Source of the DNA: Candidatus Aenigmatarchaeota archaeon
GTDB lineage: Archaea > Aenigmatarchaeota > Aenigmatarchaeia > PWEA01
Direction: 5' to 3'
Length of the DNA stretch: 64,000 nt
Assembly: GCA_046539325.1 (NCBI GenBank)
Contig: JBKHHD010000002.1
Coordinates: 1-64,000 of the forward strand
Position 1 is the stretch's first letter, and the number at the start of each line of letters is the position of its first letter. Below, piece by piece: positions 61,356 through 64,000 of the stretch. Below the pieces are notes generated by a model that worked only from the letters and a program-made list of their open reading frames with translations, searched no databases and had not been told where the DNA came from. The position numbers and the translations under genes were made by a program.

Positions 61356-61538
61356 AATTATGTTTCAGTGTTTCTATTTAATTAATTTATTAAGGCACTA
61401 CACTTCCTTAATCTCTATATTCCACTCATCTTTAAGCTTACATACAGGTTATCTTCTGTCCTTCCACCCTCCTCAAATAAATACCTAAAATCTCATTGGT
61501 TGGTATTTCGCCGGCTTCACATGACACTCATAACCAGG

Positions 61539-61790
61539 TTATTCATTCATTCTAATTACTCTTTTTCTACTTGTTGAATACCTCTTGAACCCTGCATAGA
61601 GTAAGTTGGCAAGTCCCACTGTCCACCATCCCAAGAATAGGAATATCAAGAAGTGTGCTAATCCACTGCCATAAGAATATCTCTCCATCACTACTTTATG
61701 GTGAGCATCGGTCTTCACTTTCCAACCCTCTTCTATTAGGTCATTCTTCTTGTTTTCTAACTCCTCCTTTGAGTCAACAGTCAGAGCCAT
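61539..61790 (-). CDS. Small membrane protein
   Basis: GGAGGTGA SD; YGS..AH....L..WWT.G.ANL.Y hydrophobic motif. Confidence 0.7.
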   Translation of the reverse strand: MALTVDSKEELENKKNDLIEEGWKVKTDAHHKVVMERYSYGSGLAHFLIFLFLGWWTVGLANLLYAGFKRYSTSRKRVIRMNE

Positions 61791-62147
61791 TTATCTATCA
61801 CCTCCCCCTTGACTTATCTATCATACTTGCATCTTTTACTAAAAAAGGTACTAAAGATATAAAAGATTAAGTTTCTTAAAATTCTTCTTCTGAACTAGGA
61901 AAGAACTAGAATATACGCCCAAACCAATACCCATAGAAGAATAAAGGATTTCAAGGACTACAACTTTTAAATAGATTCGTTTGTAAAACTATAGTGGAAG
62001 GTAACACAGGCCAGTGATCTAGGCGGTGAGGTACTTCCAGAAGATTGCACTATTTTCTTTCATGGATTTTAGGCACTACAGGTAGAGCTGCGGTGTTGTC
62101 TTCGGGTACCCAATGACTTAAGTATCTGTCTTCTTCAATACAAATCC

Positions 62148-63194
62148 ATGGAAAGTGAGAAGGAGTACATCAAGCCCGATATTGTAACATCTTCTGTCAG
62201 GAATGTTGAGCCGCTTAAGGAGAAGGACAAGGTTCCAGTTCTGAAGAAGGATGGAAGTCCGGAGCCTGGAGACGTAGCCGTTGCGAAGGTTGTCGAGGAA
62301 GGCGGAAGCTACGACGAGGCAGAGCTGGAGGGCGGTGAAATGGTAAAGCTGGAAGAGGGTGATTTAATTGTGGGCGTCCTGGGCGTGAGAAAAGCTGTCC
62401 GTGGCTTTGCCTCAAGAATACCTGAAAAACTGGAAAGGGGGGATCCCATCGACTTCGTCTCGTCAGGAGGCGTGATGGCGGAATGTTTGAGCTCGCCTGA
62501 AGAGCTCGGTAAGCCCTACCGTCTGGAGTTCAGAGGCTTCGTTGCAAACGATACAGGTAAGGTAAATATATCCGAATACTCGATAGATCTTCAGGACAAA
62601 CTAAAGGTGGACTGTCCTGTAGTCCTTGTTGCAAGCTCTAGAATGGACGCAGGTAAGACCACGTTATGTGCAGGGCTTATTGAAAAGTTCTCTGAAAGAG
62701 GTAAAAAGGTCGGAGCTGTAAAACTCACAGGGGTTACAAGGCAGAGGGACAACCTCAGCATGAAAGAAGCCGGGGCCATCTGCTCCTACGAGTTTACGGA
62801 CTGCGGGTTACCTTCTTCGACATGCAGTGCTGAAAAAGCTGTGAAGGCTAGCAAGGGGCTTATAAGCGAAGCTGCCGAAGGCGCGGACATCGTAGTCGCA
62901 GAGTTGGGTGCAGGTCTACTTTCCTCCTACAATGTTCTGGAAGTTTTGAAGGACGGAGAGATAAAGGAAGCATGTAGCAGCCTTATATTCATGTCCATAG
63001 ATCCTGTGGGCGCCTACGGAGGCTTGAGAATACTTAAGGACCATAGCTACAGGCCTGATGTAATCTCCGGGCCCACTACTGATACGGATGCAGGAAGGGA
63101 AAACATACGGAGGTTTACTGAAGTACCTGTCTTAAACGGGATACACGACATAGACAAAATATCCCAAATCATTTTCGAAAAGGTGTTTTCGTGA
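62148..63194 (+). CDS. DUF1611-like P-loop protein
   Basis: GD...GVLG.R.A..GF N-domain; M.AGKTT, KLTG, VAELG.GL. Confidence 0.7.
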   Translation: MESEKEYIKPDIVTSSVRNVEPLKEKDKVPVLKKDGSPEPGDVAVAKVVEEGGSYDEAELEGGEMVKLEEGDLIVGVLGVRKAVRGFASRIPEKLERGDPIDFVSSGGVMAECLSSPEELGKPYRLEFRGFVANDTGKVNISEYSIDLQDKLKVDCPVVLVASSRMDAGKTTLCAGLIEKFSERGKKVGAVKLTGVTRQRDNLSMKEAGAICSYEFTDCGLPSSTCSAEKAVKASKGLISEAAEGADIVVAELGAGLLSSYNVLEVLKDGEIKEACSSLIFMSIDPVGAYGGLRILKDHSYRPDVISGPTTDTDAGRENIRRFTEVPVLNGIHDIDKISQIIFEKVFS

Positions 63195-64000
63195 GAAAGG
63201 TCGCTGTTCTCTGGGATGAAAGGTATATTTCTGAGGATGAAGTTCTCTTTGAAGACGAGAAGCTGAAGAAGACTATGGAATACTTCTGCAAACAAGGAGA
63301 AAGAAAAGGGCTGAAGGTCTACGTTTCGCACTTTTCTTCCTACGACAAAGGTAAGCTTGAACAGGCCTATACTTTTGATGGTCAGTGGAAAGAGGTAAAA
63401 AACATAGAGATAGATCTGGTCTTTGACAAGTTCTACTTCAACGAAGAGACGAAGGAGCTGAAGTACAGGATTGATGAAGAGGTAGGTATATTCAACCAGC
63501 CCGAGTTCGAGGAGTTCTGCAAGGACAAGTTCAAAGTCTACTGCACCTTCGCTGGTTACGTGCCCAAGACTGTCAGGGCAAATAAAAACGACCTCGATAA
63601 ACTTCTCGACGAGTTGATAACGGAAAATATAGTGGTGAAACCACGCTTCGGATCTGGAGGTGAGTCCGTTAAGATCGTGTCTAAGGACAAGGTTTCAAAA
63701 GCTCTGGAAGGCTTTGACGACGAAGAAATAAAGGAAGGTAATGTACTTCTACAGGAGTTCGTAGACTCCTCAAGAGGCATTCCATCCCTCGATGTAAACG
63801 GAGTCCATGATCTGCGAATTGTACTTGTAGACGGAAAGCCCTCCTATTCCTTTGTAAGGACTCCTGAAAGGGGAAAAATAAGCAACGTGAGCAGAGGCGG
63901 AAACATGGAAACTGTTTCCCTGGAAAACATCCCTGAGAAAACAATGGACGTGGTAAAAGAAATCGACAAAGTGATGTCAGATTACGATGACCGGATTTAC
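63191..64000 (+). CDS. ATP-grasp ligase (RimK/glutathione-synthetase-like), runs off window end; not in ORF track
   Basis: Manual translation from GTG 63191: CKDK, VVKPRFGSGG, LLQEFVD, HDLRIV, SNVSRGG. Confidence 0.85.
   Translation, partial: MRKVAVLWDERYISEDEVLFEDEKLKKTMEYFCKQGERKGLKVYVSHFSSYDKGKLEQAYTFDGQWKEVKNIEIDLVFDKFYFNEETKELKYRIDEEVGIFNQPEFEEFCKDKFKVYCTFAGYVPKTVRANKNDLDKLLDELITENIVVKPRFGSGGESVKIVSKDKVSKALEGFDDEEIKEGNVLLQEFVDSSRGIPSLDVNGVHDLRIVLVDGKPSYSFVRTPERGKISNVSRGGNMETVSLENIPEKTMDVVKEIDKVMSDYDDRIY

Larger units (their letters stand above)
60946..62081 (+). repeat. 34-bp imperfect direct repeat (60946-60979 and 62048-62081)
   Basis: CACTATTTTCT-cgct-TGGATTTTAGGCACTACAG versus CACTATTTTCT-ttca-TGGATTTTAGGCACTACAG. 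Confidence 0.85.

Overview
Archaeal chromosomal window. The gene set (RFC-S, L40e, fibrillarin/Nop5, MBF1, PINA ATPase, Pth2, SRP54, CarS, DGGGP synthase) and the archaeal 16S/23S make the domain clear. Dense gene packing, many ORFans, a divergent rRNA and a strongly D/E-rich proteome and S-layer suggest a halophilic, probably DPANN-type lineage (inference). The window holds about 60 protein genes and six tRNAs; three tRNAs carry introns, two of them a pair including non-canonical D-loop or T-loop sites. It also holds a 16S-tRNA(Ala)-23S operon with BHB processing stems, and an RNase P RNA with extra helices. The 16S gene is split after the U1498-equivalent by an 814-nt group I intron carrying a stop-disrupted LAGLIDADG gene. 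Most novel candidate: a 'split pilin' pair at 220-3217. A class III signal-peptide pilin stops short of the final beta-strands seen in the paralogous pilin at 24233, and a matching segment forms the C-terminus of the large secreted adhesin encoded just upstream, suggesting strand complementation in trans. Other leads: an AT-rich array of tiny ORFans with a shared promoter motif next to an MNT-HEPN module at tRNA-Thr; a Yip1/Vps29-like/OapABC small-GTPase cluster; and a 34-bp direct repeat flanking 1.1 kb after the RNase P gene. All family calls come from motif recognition by eye; no database searches were run.
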